64,000 nt of DNA from Nitrosopumilus sp. (GTDB lineage Archaea; Thermoproteota; Nitrososphaeria; Nitrososphaerales; Nitrosopumilaceae). This document shows, piece after piece, positions 19,372 to 28,936 of this stretch. Numbering within the stretch: position 1 is the first letter of the stretch; every line of letters begins with the position of its first letter. The stretch lies in assembly GCA_965218785.1 (NCBI GenBank), contig OZ244650.1, positions 992,001 through 1,056,000 on the forward strand, in the 5' to 3' direction. The notes under the pieces are model-generated. The model saw only the letters and a program-made list of their open reading frames with translations, was not told the DNA's origin and searched no databases. The position numbers were made by a program, and so were the translations under genes.

Positions 19372-19403
19372 TTTTGTTCATTGCGTACCATGATATGGGA
19401 TCA

Positions 19404-19490
19404 TGGCGCGGGGAGGGGGATTTGAACCCCCGTGTCCTTGCGGACATAGGATTAGCAATCCTACGCCCTACCAGGCTAGGCGACCCCCGC
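19404..19490 (-). tRNA. tRNA-Ser(GCT), CCA encoded
   Basis: GCGGGGG acceptor stem, TAGGA-TTGCTAA-TCCTA anticodon arm, long variable arm, GGTTCAAATCC T-loop. Confidence 0.96.
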
Positions 19491-19523
19491 ACAAAGTTGA
19501 TTAGAATTAGTCTGTAAATAAAT

Positions 19524-20273
19524 TCACTCGTCGTGAAATTGGCTGTAATTACTCACAATTTCATTTATAGGCACCCTGTCTCCGCCCACGATTTTGAGAT
19601 CAATGTGGACCTTTCTGTCTGAAATCGTCATAATATTGTAGGTATTCTCAAAAAGCCCGCGAACCCTCTCAGATGTGGCAGTACCGGCATTTACAACATT
19701 TAGTTTGCCAAAATTCCAAGACCACGGCCTGTGTTTGTGCCCGCATAAAACCACATCGACATCCGTCTCCAAAACAGTCCTCAGCACATCACCGGCATCA
19801 ACTACGGTCAGCTGGTCAGATCCGGTATCTGGAATCGCGATGAGATGATGGTGCATTGCGACAATCTTTATCCTGTCCTTGTATTTTTTCATGGTTCGCC
19901 CAAGCCAGAGATTCTGTCTGTATCCCACCTCGCCCTCGTTTCTATCCGGTCTGGCAGTTCCAACTGTGACTAGGACGACATCATCATCTAACTCGTTAAT
20001 TGTTTGAAATGGAAAATACCTCTTAAACAAAAGATATCCGGTGTTGCGGTAATCGTGATTGCCGCTAATTACGATAATTTTTTCTGTCGTAAATTCGGTC
20101 AAAAGCGTCTTACATTTTTCATACTCTCTTATCAGTCCCTCGTTGGTAAGATCTCCCGTAATTACAATGACGTCGGGATTTATCGCATTTACCTCCTTGA
20201 CTAGCACATCAAATTTTTCTTGTAAAAACTGTGATCCGACATGAAGATCAGAGATTTGAACTATCTGCAACAC
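19524..20273 (-). CDS. Calcineurin-like metallophosphoesterase
   Basis: SDLH, TGD, GNHD, HHH, GHKH motifs. Confidence 0.92.
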   Translation of the reverse strand: MLQIVQISDLHVGSQFLQEKFDVLVKEVNAINPDVIVITGDLTNEGLIREYEKCKTLLTEFTTEKIIVISGNHDYRNTGYLLFKRYFPFQTINELDDDVVLVTVGTARPDRNEGEVGYRQNLWLGRTMKKYKDRIKIVAMHHHLIAIPDTGSDQLTVVDAGDVLRTVLETDVDVVLCGHKHRPWSWNFGKLNVVNAGTATSERVRGLFENTYNIMTISDRKVHIDLKIVGGDRVPINEIVSNYSQFHDE

Positions 20274-20380
20274 AGCAACGCTGTAAAATCCCGTATTAAA
20301 CCATCCCCCATCAAAGCATGCAAATCCGTCAAATGTCCAAAGGTAGAATTAAATAATAACTGATTCAAAAACTTGCAGTT

Positions 20381-21412
20381 TTGAGCAAAAAAGCGGCGAT
20401 AATAAAAGGAGATGGCATCGGTCCTGAAGTCGTGGATTCGATGCTAAAAGTTTTAAAAGAATGCAACATCCAATCGGAGATTATTCTTTGCGAGGCTGGT
20501 TCCGAACAATGGATCAAAAACGGCAAAAAGGACAGGTCATATATTCCAGATGATACAATCAAAGTCCTAGAGGAGGTCGACGCGTGTTTTAAGGGTCCGA
20601 CTACGACCATTCCCGTGCCAGACTCTCCAAAAAGTGTGGCAGTTACACTGCGCCAAAAATTTGAACTATACTCCAACATCCGGCCTACAAAGACATATGA
20701 TAGGCTCTCCCCTGGCATCAAACTTGACTGTGTCTGTTTCAGGGAGGCAACTGAGGGCCTTTACACGGGAATAGAAGTAAAAATTACAGACGATGCGGCA
20801 ATTGCAATCAGAAAGATTACCAGACAGGGCTGTGACAGGTTCCTAAAATCCGCAATGAACTGGGCCGATCTTTACAACATGAAGAGGATGGTGGCCATCA
20901 CAAAACGAAACATCCTCAAACAGACAGATGGAATATTCTGGAATTCGGCACAAAAAGCAGTGGATGGAACAGACGTGGAATTATCAGAGATTTACATTGA
21001 CAACATGGCACAGCAGATGGTAGTTGCACCCCAGCAATTTGATGGTGCGGTACTAGTCAGTACAAACCTGTTTATGGATATCATCTCGGAACTGGCTTCG
21101 GGGCTGGTCGGGTCTATTGGTCTTATCTATTCTGCAAATATGGGCGATGACTATGCAATGTTTGAGGCCGCGCATGGAAGTGCCCCGCAATTTGCAGGAC
21201 AAAACAAGGTAAATCCGACTGCGGCAGTACTTTCTGGCGCATGGATGGCAGAATATCTGGGTGAGAAAGGCATCCGTGATGCGGTATTTGACGCGACTGA
21301 CAGGGTAATCAACGAAGGAAAGACGGTAACCTGGGATATCGGAGGCGATGCGTCAACTACCCAGATGACTGACGCAGTAATCGCATATGCAAAAGAGAAT
21401 CTCAGAAAATAA
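20381..21412 (+). CDS. Isocitrate/isopropylmalate dehydrogenase family protein
   Basis: GDGIGPEV, FREATEGLY, NLFMDIISE, FEAAHGSAP. Confidence 0.92.
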   Translation: MSKKAAIIKGDGIGPEVVDSMLKVLKECNIQSEIILCEAGSEQWIKNGKKDRSYIPDDTIKVLEEVDACFKGPTTTIPVPDSPKSVAVTLRQKFELYSNIRPTKTYDRLSPGIKLDCVCFREATEGLYTGIEVKITDDAAIAIRKITRQGCDRFLKSAMNWADLYNMKRMVAITKRNILKQTDGIFWNSAQKAVDGTDVELSEIYIDNMAQQMVVAPQQFDGAVLVSTNLFMDIISELASGLVGSIGLIYSANMGDDYAMFEAAHGSAPQFAGQNKVNPTAAVLSGAWMAEYLGEKGIRDAVFDATDRVINEGKTVTWDIGGDASTTQMTDAVIAYAKENLRK

Positions 21413-21946
21413 TCACTTTACGGCCTCGACTAGGATCAGCTCTTCAAAGAACAGCTTCTTTTTTGCCACAATCCTCGTCTTCATATCGTGGTTCTGTATG
21501 TAACTGATGAGTTTTTGATGGTTTGAAAGCGAGGATGTTACAAACACAAACTTGCCGTTTTTTTTGATGTTATGATGTGCCGAATCAAATATCTTTTTTG
21601 GAATTTCAAATCCTTCTGCACCGCCATCTGTTGCAGCATCCAGAATTTCATTCGTTGCAAGATATGGCAGGTTACAAACAACAAGATCAAATTTTACAGC
21701 CAGCGCATCAGAACCGTTGCAGCAGACCAGGCTGTCTGTCTTATACGTCTGATTTCTTAGGACATCAAAATTGATATCAGTTCCCACCACGTGTGAAAAA
21801 TTCCTGCAAAGCAGCCTTGTTAGATATCCCGAACCGCTTCCGATGTCCAGGGCAAGACCCCCCTTTTCATCTTCAATGTTCTCTGCCATAAAAAAAGTGT
21901 CTTCGGATGGGGGATATTCATCGTTTTTCAAGGATTTGATCTGCAA
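21413..21946 (-). CDS. HemK2/N6AMT1-like SAM-dependent methyltransferase
   Basis: YPPSEDT, LDIGSGSG, NLPY, FFEEL. Confidence 0.88.
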   Translation of the reverse strand: MQIKSLKNDEYPPSEDTFFMAENIEDEKGGLALDIGSGSGYLTRLLCRNFSHVVGTDINFDVLRNQTYKTDSLVCCNGSDALAVKFDLVVCNLPYLATNEILDAATDGGAEGFEIPKKIFDSAHHNIKKNGKFVFVTSSLSNHQKLISYIQNHDMKTRIVAKKKLFFEELILVEAVK

Positions 21947-22625
21947 GACTGATTATTTCATCTCCTGATAGTTCGTCTATCCGTCTGTCTATTACAGTTT
22001 CCCTGTCAAACTGCTTTAGAATATTCTTGATGGTTTTTCGCCTGTATGAGAAGATCCTGTTAATTAACTGAATCACCTCTTTTTTCATGATGTTTTTCTG
22101 AACTATCTTCAGAATTACAGAGTCCACCCTTGGCGGCGGGGAAAAATTGTTTCTTCCCACCTTGGAAACAATCTTGATCTCAAAGGCATGATTGGCAATG
22201 ATGCTTATGGCCTTTCTCCTTGCGGATTTTGCAAATAATTTATCTGCAAACTCTTTTTGAACCATTATTACGCCATGGGAAAAACGGGTTTGGGCAAGCC
22301 ACTCTATTGCATCCCTGCTTCTAGAATACGGCAGGTTTGATACAAAAACAGAAAAGGGCTCCCTGCTCCTAAAACCGTCCCCTGATCTTAAGACAAGATT
22401 ATCAATATCAGAAAACGCGGATTTTGCATTACTGACCAGTCTCTTGTCTGCATCCATGGAGACTACCTTCCCCGCCCTTGCACACAGCAGCGGGGTCAGG
22501 ATTCCCAATCCTGTTCCAAGCTCAAATACGGTATCTTCTTTTTTTATTCGAGCCTCTAAAACAATCGACTCTGCTATTGAATTTGAGCTAAGAAAGTGCT
22601 GTCCAAGCTGTTTTCGTTTTATCAT
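21918..22625 (-). CDS. rsmA: 16S rRNA adenine dimethyltransferase
   Basis: LGQHFL, ELGTGLG, SNLPY, MVQKEFA, FSPPPRVDS. Confidence 0.93.
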   Translation of the reverse strand: MIKRKQLGQHFLSSNSIAESIVLEARIKKEDTVFELGTGLGILTPLLCARAGKVVSMDADKRLVSNAKSAFSDIDNLVLRSGDGFRSREPFSVFVSNLPYSRSRDAIEWLAQTRFSHGVIMVQKEFADKLFAKSARRKAISIIANHAFEIKIVSKVGRNNFSPPPRVDSVILKIVQKNIMKKEVIQLINRIFSYRRKTIKNILKQFDRETVIDRRIDELSGDEIISLADQILEKR

Positions 22626-23200
22626 TTTTTTACAAAGAGATTCATTCGGCTTTCACCGGTAATTTCATCTATGATTCGTTCTGAGATGTGCATTATTGGA
22701 TCCTTGAATCCGACCCTGTCCTGCAAATCCTGATAGCTCTCAAACTTTGCCTTTTCCCGCTCATCTAACATTGTTTTCATGTATATCTTTCCAATTCCTG
22801 GAATTAATTCCAGTGCATGAATTCGCGGTGTTAATGGCTGCGCGTTATTTAGATACTCGACAAACTTTGACTCGTTGTTAGTTACAATGTCTTCTATGAC
22901 TGCAGGCAGTTCACTTTGTGCCGATGATGAGATCTGTTCATAGTCCATCTTTCCCAAAACAGACAGGATTTTGGTCCGTCCCTCCTTTCCAATATAGATT
23001 CTCTCGCCGACTTCAAATGTAGAATTGGGAACTCCTAGAACCTCTAAAAGAGTCAGACGATCTTCTCCGACGGATGTAATTATGATTCCGTCTCTTCCCT
23101 TCACCGTTGATGATTTGCCCCTGGGATTAAAATCTAGAACATATGCATATTCTTCATATTTTCTAGGGGAACTTTGTGCCCTATACAAAATAAATTCCAC
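22622..23200 (-). CDS. DUF655 family RNA-binding protein
   Basis: EEYAYVLDF, LELIPGIG HhH motif; conserved position between rpoF and rsmA. Confidence 0.88.
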   Translation of the reverse strand: MEFILYRAQSSPRKYEEYAYVLDFNPRGKSSTVKGRDGIIITSVGEDRLTLLEVLGVPNSTFEVGERIYIGKEGRTKILSVLGKMDYEQISSSAQSELPAVIEDIVTNNESKFVEYLNNAQPLTPRIHALELIPGIGKIYMKTMLDEREKAKFESYQDLQDRVGFKDPIMHISERIIDEITGESRMNLFVKK

Positions 23201-23206
23201 CTAAAG

Positions 23207-23533
23207 TTAGGAATGCTCCCTGATAATCATGAGCATTTTTTGCAGAGTTTCAGCAAGAATAAGTTTTTTCCAGCCAAACGTAAAAGAGCGCAGTTCTGCC
23301 AGGCTTGTGGGTTTGATGTTTACAATTTCAACTGCCTCGTCTTCGGTTAGTTCACAATCTTTCATGAGTTTCTTTTTCATTTCTTTTGCATCCTTGGACT
23401 CGTTTGTTACGAATTTTGAGACATAGTCATAGGTCCAACGTTGAATTTGATCCATCGCCTCAACATCCACCTTGCCTAAAATCTCTTTAACTTCTGAGAG
23501 TGAAATTGCTTGTTTCTTTTTTATCTCTTCCAT
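23207..23533 (-). CDS. rpoF: RNA polymerase subunit Rpo4 (F)
   Basis: ISLSEVKEIL, EIVNIKP..ELRS; synteny with rpl21e. Confidence 0.88.
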   Translation of the reverse strand: MEEIKKKQAISLSEVKEILGKVDVEAMDQIQRWTYDYVSKFVTNESKDAKEMKKKLMKDCELTEDEAVEIVNIKPTSLAELRSFTFGWKKLILAETLQKMLMIIREHS

Positions 23534-23535
23534 CT

Positions 23536-23835
23536 TTATACCCCGAATGGTTTTATATGATCCAGCCTAGTGATTAAGGTTTTCGATTTGTTTCCTAGTT
23601 TCACATCTAGTGTTATGGCACGTCTGCCGACATTTATGACGCGGCCCACCTTGCCGTGGTATCGCCTGTGTGGCAGTCCCTTGTGTTGTCTGGGATCAAT
23701 GATGACTAGTGCCTGCTGGCCCTCATGATATTCACGCAACAAAAACGAGACTCCCCTGGGAGCCTTTTTCTTCATGACCGATCTGGATTTGTGTCTAAAT
23801 CCGTGTGAACGGCCATGGGATTTCTTGGTTGCCAT
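23536..23835 (-). CDS. rpl21e: 50S ribosomal protein L21e
   Basis: SHGFRHKSR, GLPHRRYHGKVG, RLDHIKP. Confidence 0.95.
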   Translation of the reverse strand: MATKKSHGRSHGFRHKSRSVMKKKAPRGVSFLLREYHEGQQALVIIDPRQHKGLPHRRYHGKVGRVINVGRRAITLDVKLGNKSKTLITRLDHIKPFGV

Positions 23836-23883
23836 GTAGAGTGAAACCTTCAAAAGCCCTATTTTAACACTTAGGAAATAATT

Positions 23884-24948
23884 TCAGGATTCACCCAACT
23901 GATCTGTTCTGAGTTGACCGCAAGCAGCTGAGATCTCTGTGCCTTTTTCCACACGGACGGTACAATTCACCCCGGCATCATGCAGGATTCGTTCAAATTC
24001 AAGAACGTGTTTTTCTGAAGGTCGCTGGAAATTGCCTGCAGTGGGGTTGATTGGAATCAGGTTTACATGGGATCCGTTTCCCTCTAAAAGTTTTGCCAGT
24101 TCGTATGCTATTTCAGGGGAATCGTTAATTCCCCTCATCAGGGCGTATTCAAACGTCACGCGGCGTCCTGTTTTTTTGTAATAACTCCTTCCAGCTTTTA
24201 TGATGTCCTCGACTGAGCTGGGTCCTGCGGTGGGAACCAGTTCCTTCCGAAGCTTGTTGTTTGGGGAATGCAGTGAAATGGCAAGACCGATCTGCAGGTT
24301 CTCATCTGCCAGTCTGTCGATTCCAGATACAATGCCAATCGTACTGATGGTAATGTGCCTCTGACCCAGTCCAAAACCCCTGTCATGTGTTAAAATTTTC
24401 ACTGCCCGAATCATCTCATCATAGTTTGCCATCGGCTCACCCATTCCCATAAAGACTATGTTTGTCACATGCTCGCCTCGTTGCTGTAAAATCTCTGCAA
24501 AATGAATTACCTGGGATACAATGTGTTCTGCTTTGAGATTTGTTTCAAATCCCATCTGGCCTGTCGCACAAAACACGCATCCCATCGCACATCCGATCTG
24601 AGTAGAAACACAGATTGTTGATCTTGGGTGACCGCCAATCTTTTTTGGATCATATTGCATCAGAACAACTTCTACTGCGGATTCGCCATCTAGCTGCAGC
24701 AGCAGTTTGGTTGTATCGCCATCATTACTTACAATCCGATGTGTCTCTTTTGCAGAACCTATGACGTATCCGGCATCGGTTAGATCCTCCCTTAGTTTTT
24801 TTGGCAGCTGGGGTATGTCTTTGATATTTTTTGGAAATTTGTAATAAAGTGGCAGCAGTATCTGGTCTGCGCGGTATCTGGGATAACCCATATCCGTTAT
24901 AACCTGTTCCATCTCTTCAGGCAGCAGGCGATAAAGATCCGTCGTCAT
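23884..24948 (-). CDS. rlmN: RlmN-type radical SAM RNA methyltransferase
   Basis: CVSTQIGCAMGCVFCATG, FMGMGEP, ISLH, AACGQL. Confidence 0.93.
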   Translation of the reverse strand: MTTDLYRLLPEEMEQVITDMGYPRYRADQILLPLYYKFPKNIKDIPQLPKKLREDLTDAGYVIGSAKETHRIVSNDGDTTKLLLQLDGESAVEVVLMQYDPKKIGGHPRSTICVSTQIGCAMGCVFCATGQMGFETNLKAEHIVSQVIHFAEILQQRGEHVTNIVFMGMGEPMANYDEMIRAVKILTHDRGFGLGQRHITISTIGIVSGIDRLADENLQIGLAISLHSPNNKLRKELVPTAGPSSVEDIIKAGRSYYKKTGRRVTFEYALMRGINDSPEIAYELAKLLEGNGSHVNLIPINPTAGNFQRPSEKHVLEFERILHDAGVNCTVRVEKGTEISAACGQLRTDQLGES

Positions 24949-25008
24949 GTATTAACAGATATGAAATTATATTATAATCTACCCTAATAATAAAAATAAA
25001 AGAAGAGG

Positions 25009-26256
25009 TTAATCTTCTGTTGGTTCTATATCGTCTAATTCGACGTCGTCATCGTCATCTATCGCAGTATCTACCACCGTATCTACCACCGTATCTACCA
25101 TAGTCTTTTCAGGGGTCTCTACTTTTGGAGTTTCGATGGTTGCCTCGTCAGTCTCTGCTGGGGTCTCTACTTTTGGAGTTTCGATGGTTGCCTCGTCAGT
25201 CTTTGCAGGGGTCTCTACTGGAGTCTCCACCTTTGGCTCTTTTGCACTTTTGACACTTGCCTTTTTGGCAGTTTTTTTAGTCTTTTTCTCCATATCTTCG
25301 ATGTCTATCACACCTGCTTCTCCTAGAGCAAAGATCACTTCTTCTTCTGGGTGGTGAGGACTGTCTACCATCCTGGCAATTCGCTTCTTTCCTGACTTTT
25401 TGAAGTAGATTCTGTAGGTACTCGTATGTGCAACCACGTTTCCACCAACTGGACGTGTTGGATCACCAAAGAAGACATCAGGGGATGCCATGACTTGGTT
25501 GGTTGCAATTGCGGCACAGTTGTATGTTTCTGCAATCCTGGACAACAGATGAACAAAGTGATTTAATTTTTGCTGTCTGTTTGATAGTGTTCCACGTCCA
25601 AGATATTCAGAACGGAACAATCCAACTGCAGAGTCTACAACAATTAGCTTGATGTTGTTTTCATCAATTACCGCACCTGCTTCTTCTAGAATTAGTGTTT
25701 GATGTGCGCTGTTGTATGCACGTGCAACAATGATGTTGTCTAGAGCTTTTTCAGGATCCATTTCATTGGCTTGGGCAATGGATACAATTCTTTCAGGTCT
25801 GAAAGTATTTTCAGTATCAATATACAGAACATTGCCTTCAAGACCCCCCTCTTCTTTGCTTTTTTGTACCATTACAGACATTGTATGGGCAAATTGTGTT
25901 TTACCACAACCAAATTCACCATAAACTTCGGTTAATGCCTGAGTCTCAACACCGCCGTCAAATAGCGTATCAAGACAGTTTGTCCCCGTTGTAATCTTGC
26001 CAATATTTTGTCGGTGTTTGTAAATCTCACTTGCACTAACAAAATCTTTGGCAAGTAATCCGCCTTCAACGAGATGCTGTCTGGCTTTGTTGACAATTTT
26101 TTCAGCAGTGTCTTTTTCCATCCCGGTTATTTCTGCGATCTCAACCGGGCCTCTTACGATGAGATCCATGACGTTGTGGATACCTGCATCGGATAATTTT
26201 CTTGTAGTTACAGGACCTACGCCCTCTAAACTATCGAGTCTTAAATCTTCTACCAT
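25009..26256 (-). CDS. radA: DNA repair and recombination protein RadA with a long repetitive C-terminal tail
   Basis: GEFGCGKTQ, YIDTENTFRPER, RQQKL, GGNVVAH, ARMVDSP. Confidence 0.96.
   Translation of the reverse strand: MVEDLRLDSLEGVGPVTTRKLSDAGIHNVMDLIVRGPVEIAEITGMEKDTAEKIVNKARQHLVEGGLLAKDFVSASEIYKHRQNIGKITTGTNCLDTLFDGGVETQALTEVYGEFGCGKTQFAHTMSVMVQKSKEEGGLEGNVLYIDTENTFRPERIVSIAQANEMDPEKALDNIIVARAYNSAHQTLILEEAGAVIDENNIKLIVVDSAVGLFRSEYLGRGTLSNRQQKLNHFVHLLSRIAETYNCAAIATNQVMASPDVFFGDPTRPVGGNVVAHTSTYRIYFKKSGKKRIARMVDSPHHPEEEVIFALGEAGVIDIEDMEKKTKKTAKKASVKSAKEPKVETPVETPAKTDEATIETPKVETPAETDEATIETPKVETPEKTMVDTVVDTVVDTAIDDDDDVELDDIEPTED
25067..25220 (-). repeat. 48-bp (ETPKVETPAETDEATI) and 12-bp (VVDT) coding tandem repeats in the radA tail
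   Basis: ggggtctctacttttggagtttcgatggttgcctcgtcagtct repeated with period 48; gtatctaccacc repeated about 3 times. Confidence 0.85.
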
Positions 26257-26287
26257 ACCGTATAGTACGGTACGTGTACTTTATAAG
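26256..26287 (-). promoter_or_regulatory. radA TATA box (TTATAA) and a 7-bp inverted repeat overlapping the start
   Basis: TACCGTA-tag-TACGGTA at 26256-26272; TTATAA about 25 nt upstream of the ATG. Confidence 0.45.
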
Positions 26288-26432
26288 AGTATCGTTTTTC
26301 GCTTGGGGCGATCTTATGTATCCTGTATGGAACAATTCGTTGATCAGCACCTACCCCAAATGCCGTCGGACATTTTGACAGACCGCTTTTAATTGTCGCC
26401 GTCTTGGTTGAATACGACAGAAAACTGCCAAG

Positions 26433-27008
26433 CTAGGGGCGGTCTAACAGAATACGTTCTGCAAGAAATTCTTCTATCTCCGAGGAACTGTATCCTTCTG
26501 ACTCTAGACCATCTTTCATATCTGCAATCGTAATCTCACCCTTGTCATATTTGTGCAGGAAAAATTCTTCAAATATTTCCAGAGGCAGTTTTGAGGGGTA
26601 TGGTGTGTCATCATATATGCACTCAGATTCAGAAGCCCTACAGCTTGCAATCGGGGACAGTACTGCAAATATCATTATTAGTATGACAACACCAAAGATT
26701 GCAGGAATTACAAAAGTACGCATGGTAATCCGCCTGTCTGAACGGATGTTTTTTAATCCACTAAACGTCAAAAACGCGCCTGCGCCTATAATACATGATA
26801 CGATTACAGAAAGTGATCCGTGATAGTAACAATACTCTTCAGTCCAATAAGATTTACCATACGAGGCTAGGAAATCTGTAGTCTTTAAGACGCATCCATA
26901 TGTGAAGGAATGGACAGTGGACTGGGGGGTATGCTCTATAAAAGAAAAGACGGCTCCCAAAACCAGCAGAAATATTCCACATCCAAGTATAAAGAATTTT
27001 GGAGACAA
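26433..27008 (-). CDS. Membrane protein, paralog copy 1
   Basis: 3 TM segments; near-identical to 27595-28167. Confidence 0.75.
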   Translation of the reverse strand: MSPKFFILGCGIFLLVLGAVFSFIEHTPQSTVHSFTYGCVLKTTDFLASYGKSYWTEEYCYYHGSLSVIVSCIIGAGAFLTFSGLKNIRSDRRITMRTFVIPAIFGVVILIMIFAVLSPIASCRASESECIYDDTPYPSKLPLEIFEEFFLHKYDKGEITIADMKDGLESEGYSSSEIEEFLAERILLDRP

Positions 27009-27266
27009 TATAAAAAAAAAGAAAAGGGTGTTTATGTATGTTTCTTACTCGAAACTGTGCGGTGTAGTACCGCCACCCTTCTTTAGGATGATCAAATCTG
27101 CCGTCAAATGTTCCAATGATGTTAGTTTCAAAAATAAAATATTCCACAATTAATCATTCATTACATGTGGATGTTATTATTGATTATGTGTGGTGCATTT
27201 TACTATGATAAATTCATGGGAATTAACATCCAATGATTGTTCCTACCGTCGTAATTAATTGGGACA

Positions 27267-27572
27267 TTAAGAATTGCGTTTACTTTGATAATATCTGTTA
27301 ATAATATATGCGATTGGCATCCATTGGATCATACTTGAAATAATTACCAACAAAGGAAACATAAGCCATTGATATTGCCGTAAATCCTCTTTATACTGAA
27401 AATATGGAACCGTATTTACAAAAATTAGACTACTTGGTTGATACAAAGCTATTTGCAATATTGACTCTTTGACTTCTTTATCTAATGGTAAAAAAAGTAG
27501 CGGATTGAATAATAATAATAAAATCCCTAAAAGTACTAGTCTGCAAATAATAAAAATGAAATTTTATTCAAA
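27267..27572 (-). pseudogene. Small membrane protein gene with a 5' frameshift
   Basis: TTG NKISFLLFA shifts into LVLLGILLLFNPLLF...QIALYQ...YYQSKRNS*. Confidence 0.45.
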
Positions 27573-27594
27573 ATAAAAAAGGGATTTAGAAATA

Positions 27595-28167
27595 CTAGGG
27601 ACGGTCTAACAGAATACGTTCTGCAAGAAATTCTTCTATTTCCAAGGAACTGTATCCTTCTCTATCTAGAATATCTTTCATATCTGCAATCGTAAACTCA
27701 CCCTTGTCATATTTGTCCATGAAAAATCTTTCAAGTATTTCCAGAGACATTTTTGAGGGGTATGGTGTGTCATCGTATATGCACTCAGATTCAGCCCTAC
27801 AGCTTGCAATCGGGGACAGTACTGCAAATATCATTATTAGTATGACAACACCAAAGATTGCAGGAATTACAAAAGTACGCATGGTAATCCGCCTGTCTGA
27901 ACGGATGTTTTTTAATCCACTAAACGTCAAAAACGCGCCTGCGCCTATAATACATGATATGATTACAGAAAGTGATCCGTAATAGTAACACGTCGCTTCA
28001 GACAAAAAACCGTTACCATGTGTGGATATGGAATCCTCAATAGTAAAGACGCAGTCATATGTGAAGGCATGGACGGTAGAGAAGAGGGCATGTTCTATAA
28101 GAGAAAAGACGGCTCCCAAAACCAGCAGAAATATCCCACATCCAAGTATAAAGAATTTTAGATACAT
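27595..28167 (-). CDS. Membrane protein, paralog copy 2
   Basis: Near-identical to 26433-27008 apart from the N-terminal loop and C-terminal helices. Confidence 0.75.
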   Translation of the reverse strand: MYLKFFILGCGIFLLVLGAVFSLIEHALFSTVHAFTYDCVFTIEDSISTHGNGFLSEATCYYYGSLSVIISCIIGAGAFLTFSGLKNIRSDRRITMRTFVIPAIFGVVILIMIFAVLSPIASCRAESECIYDDTPYPSKMSLEILERFFMDKYDKGEFTIADMKDILDREGYSSLEIEEFLAERILLDRP

Positions 28168-28214
28168 TATAAAAAAAGAAAAGGGTGGTTATGTATATTG
28201 CTTGCTCGAAACTG

Positions 28215-28345
28215 GTAAAGGGTTACCTCCTAGCCATAACATCAAATATTTTAGATCGAACTGATCTAAATATAATTGAGCACAAATTCTGACGATTACA
28301 GAAATCAAAATTTTTCAGGATGGGATTGCCCAACTAATCATCGCT
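28215..28345 (+). mobile_element. Diverged IS66-like left end
   Basis: Starts GTAAAGGGT; gatcgaactgatctaaat...cagaaatcaaaatttt...attgcccaactaatc resembles the reverse complement of 19245-19340. Confidence 0.55.
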
Positions 28346-28389
28346 GTTGATTAGTTCTTGAAAATTGAATGTTGACAAGTCAGAACAAG

Positions 28390-28665
28390 TTATACGCCTA
28401 AAAGTAAAGCTACTTTATCCACTTTTAGAAGTTTACGGGATTTACGTAGACCGCGTACGTCTTTGCGTAGTTGTTTGATTTTGGTAGGGGTTGTAACAAC
28501 AGTACCACCTACACAATATTTGGTATTTCGAATTTCGGTATTTGTGATAAAAGCCTCTGTGACTCCATCTACTTCTACCAAGGCATCTCGTAATCCTTTA
28601 CACTCATGCGGAGTACTCACACAATGAAGTAAAACTGTACCATCTACTAGTGTGTCTTTATGCAT
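28390..28665 (-). CDS. Small protein with a possible Lrp/AsnC ligand-binding (RAM)-like fold
   Basis: VLLHC...LRDALVEVDGVTEAF pattern; 91 aa. Confidence 0.45.
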   Translation of the reverse strand: MHKDTLVDGTVLLHCVSTPHECKGLRDALVEVDGVTEAFITNTEIRNTKYCVGGTVVTTPTKIKQLRKDVRGLRKSRKLLKVDKVALLLGV

Positions 28666-28806
28666 GAAAACTACCTCGTTTGTTTATGGATCGATCAGGA
28701 TGATAAGATCTTTGATTTTTGCTTTTAAATTGAACAAATACGGTGTTGAGGCATAACATATCAAAACAACAACGGGGTATGATATAATTTTTTCATATGA
28801 TTCATA

Positions 28807-28887
28807 GGACACTTCCAGATCCGCATTAATGGCATTTAGATCGGTTTAATCACAAAAATCGTCCTTATACTGAATCTAATCTCTTGC
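28807..28887 (-). mobile_element. IS66-like left end copy
   Basis: About 80 bp closely matching 19292-19371 (ggacacttc.agatccgcattaatggcatttagatcggttt.atcacaaaa...). Confidence 0.75.
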
Positions 28888-28936
28888 CAATAAGAGTACC
28901 AAATGTATAAATAAATTCAGCACTATAACTGGACAA

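Noticed and set aside
26433-28167. Diversity-generating retroelement TR/VR pair
   Set aside because: Differences are not adenine-specific, both copies are full genes, and no RT is present
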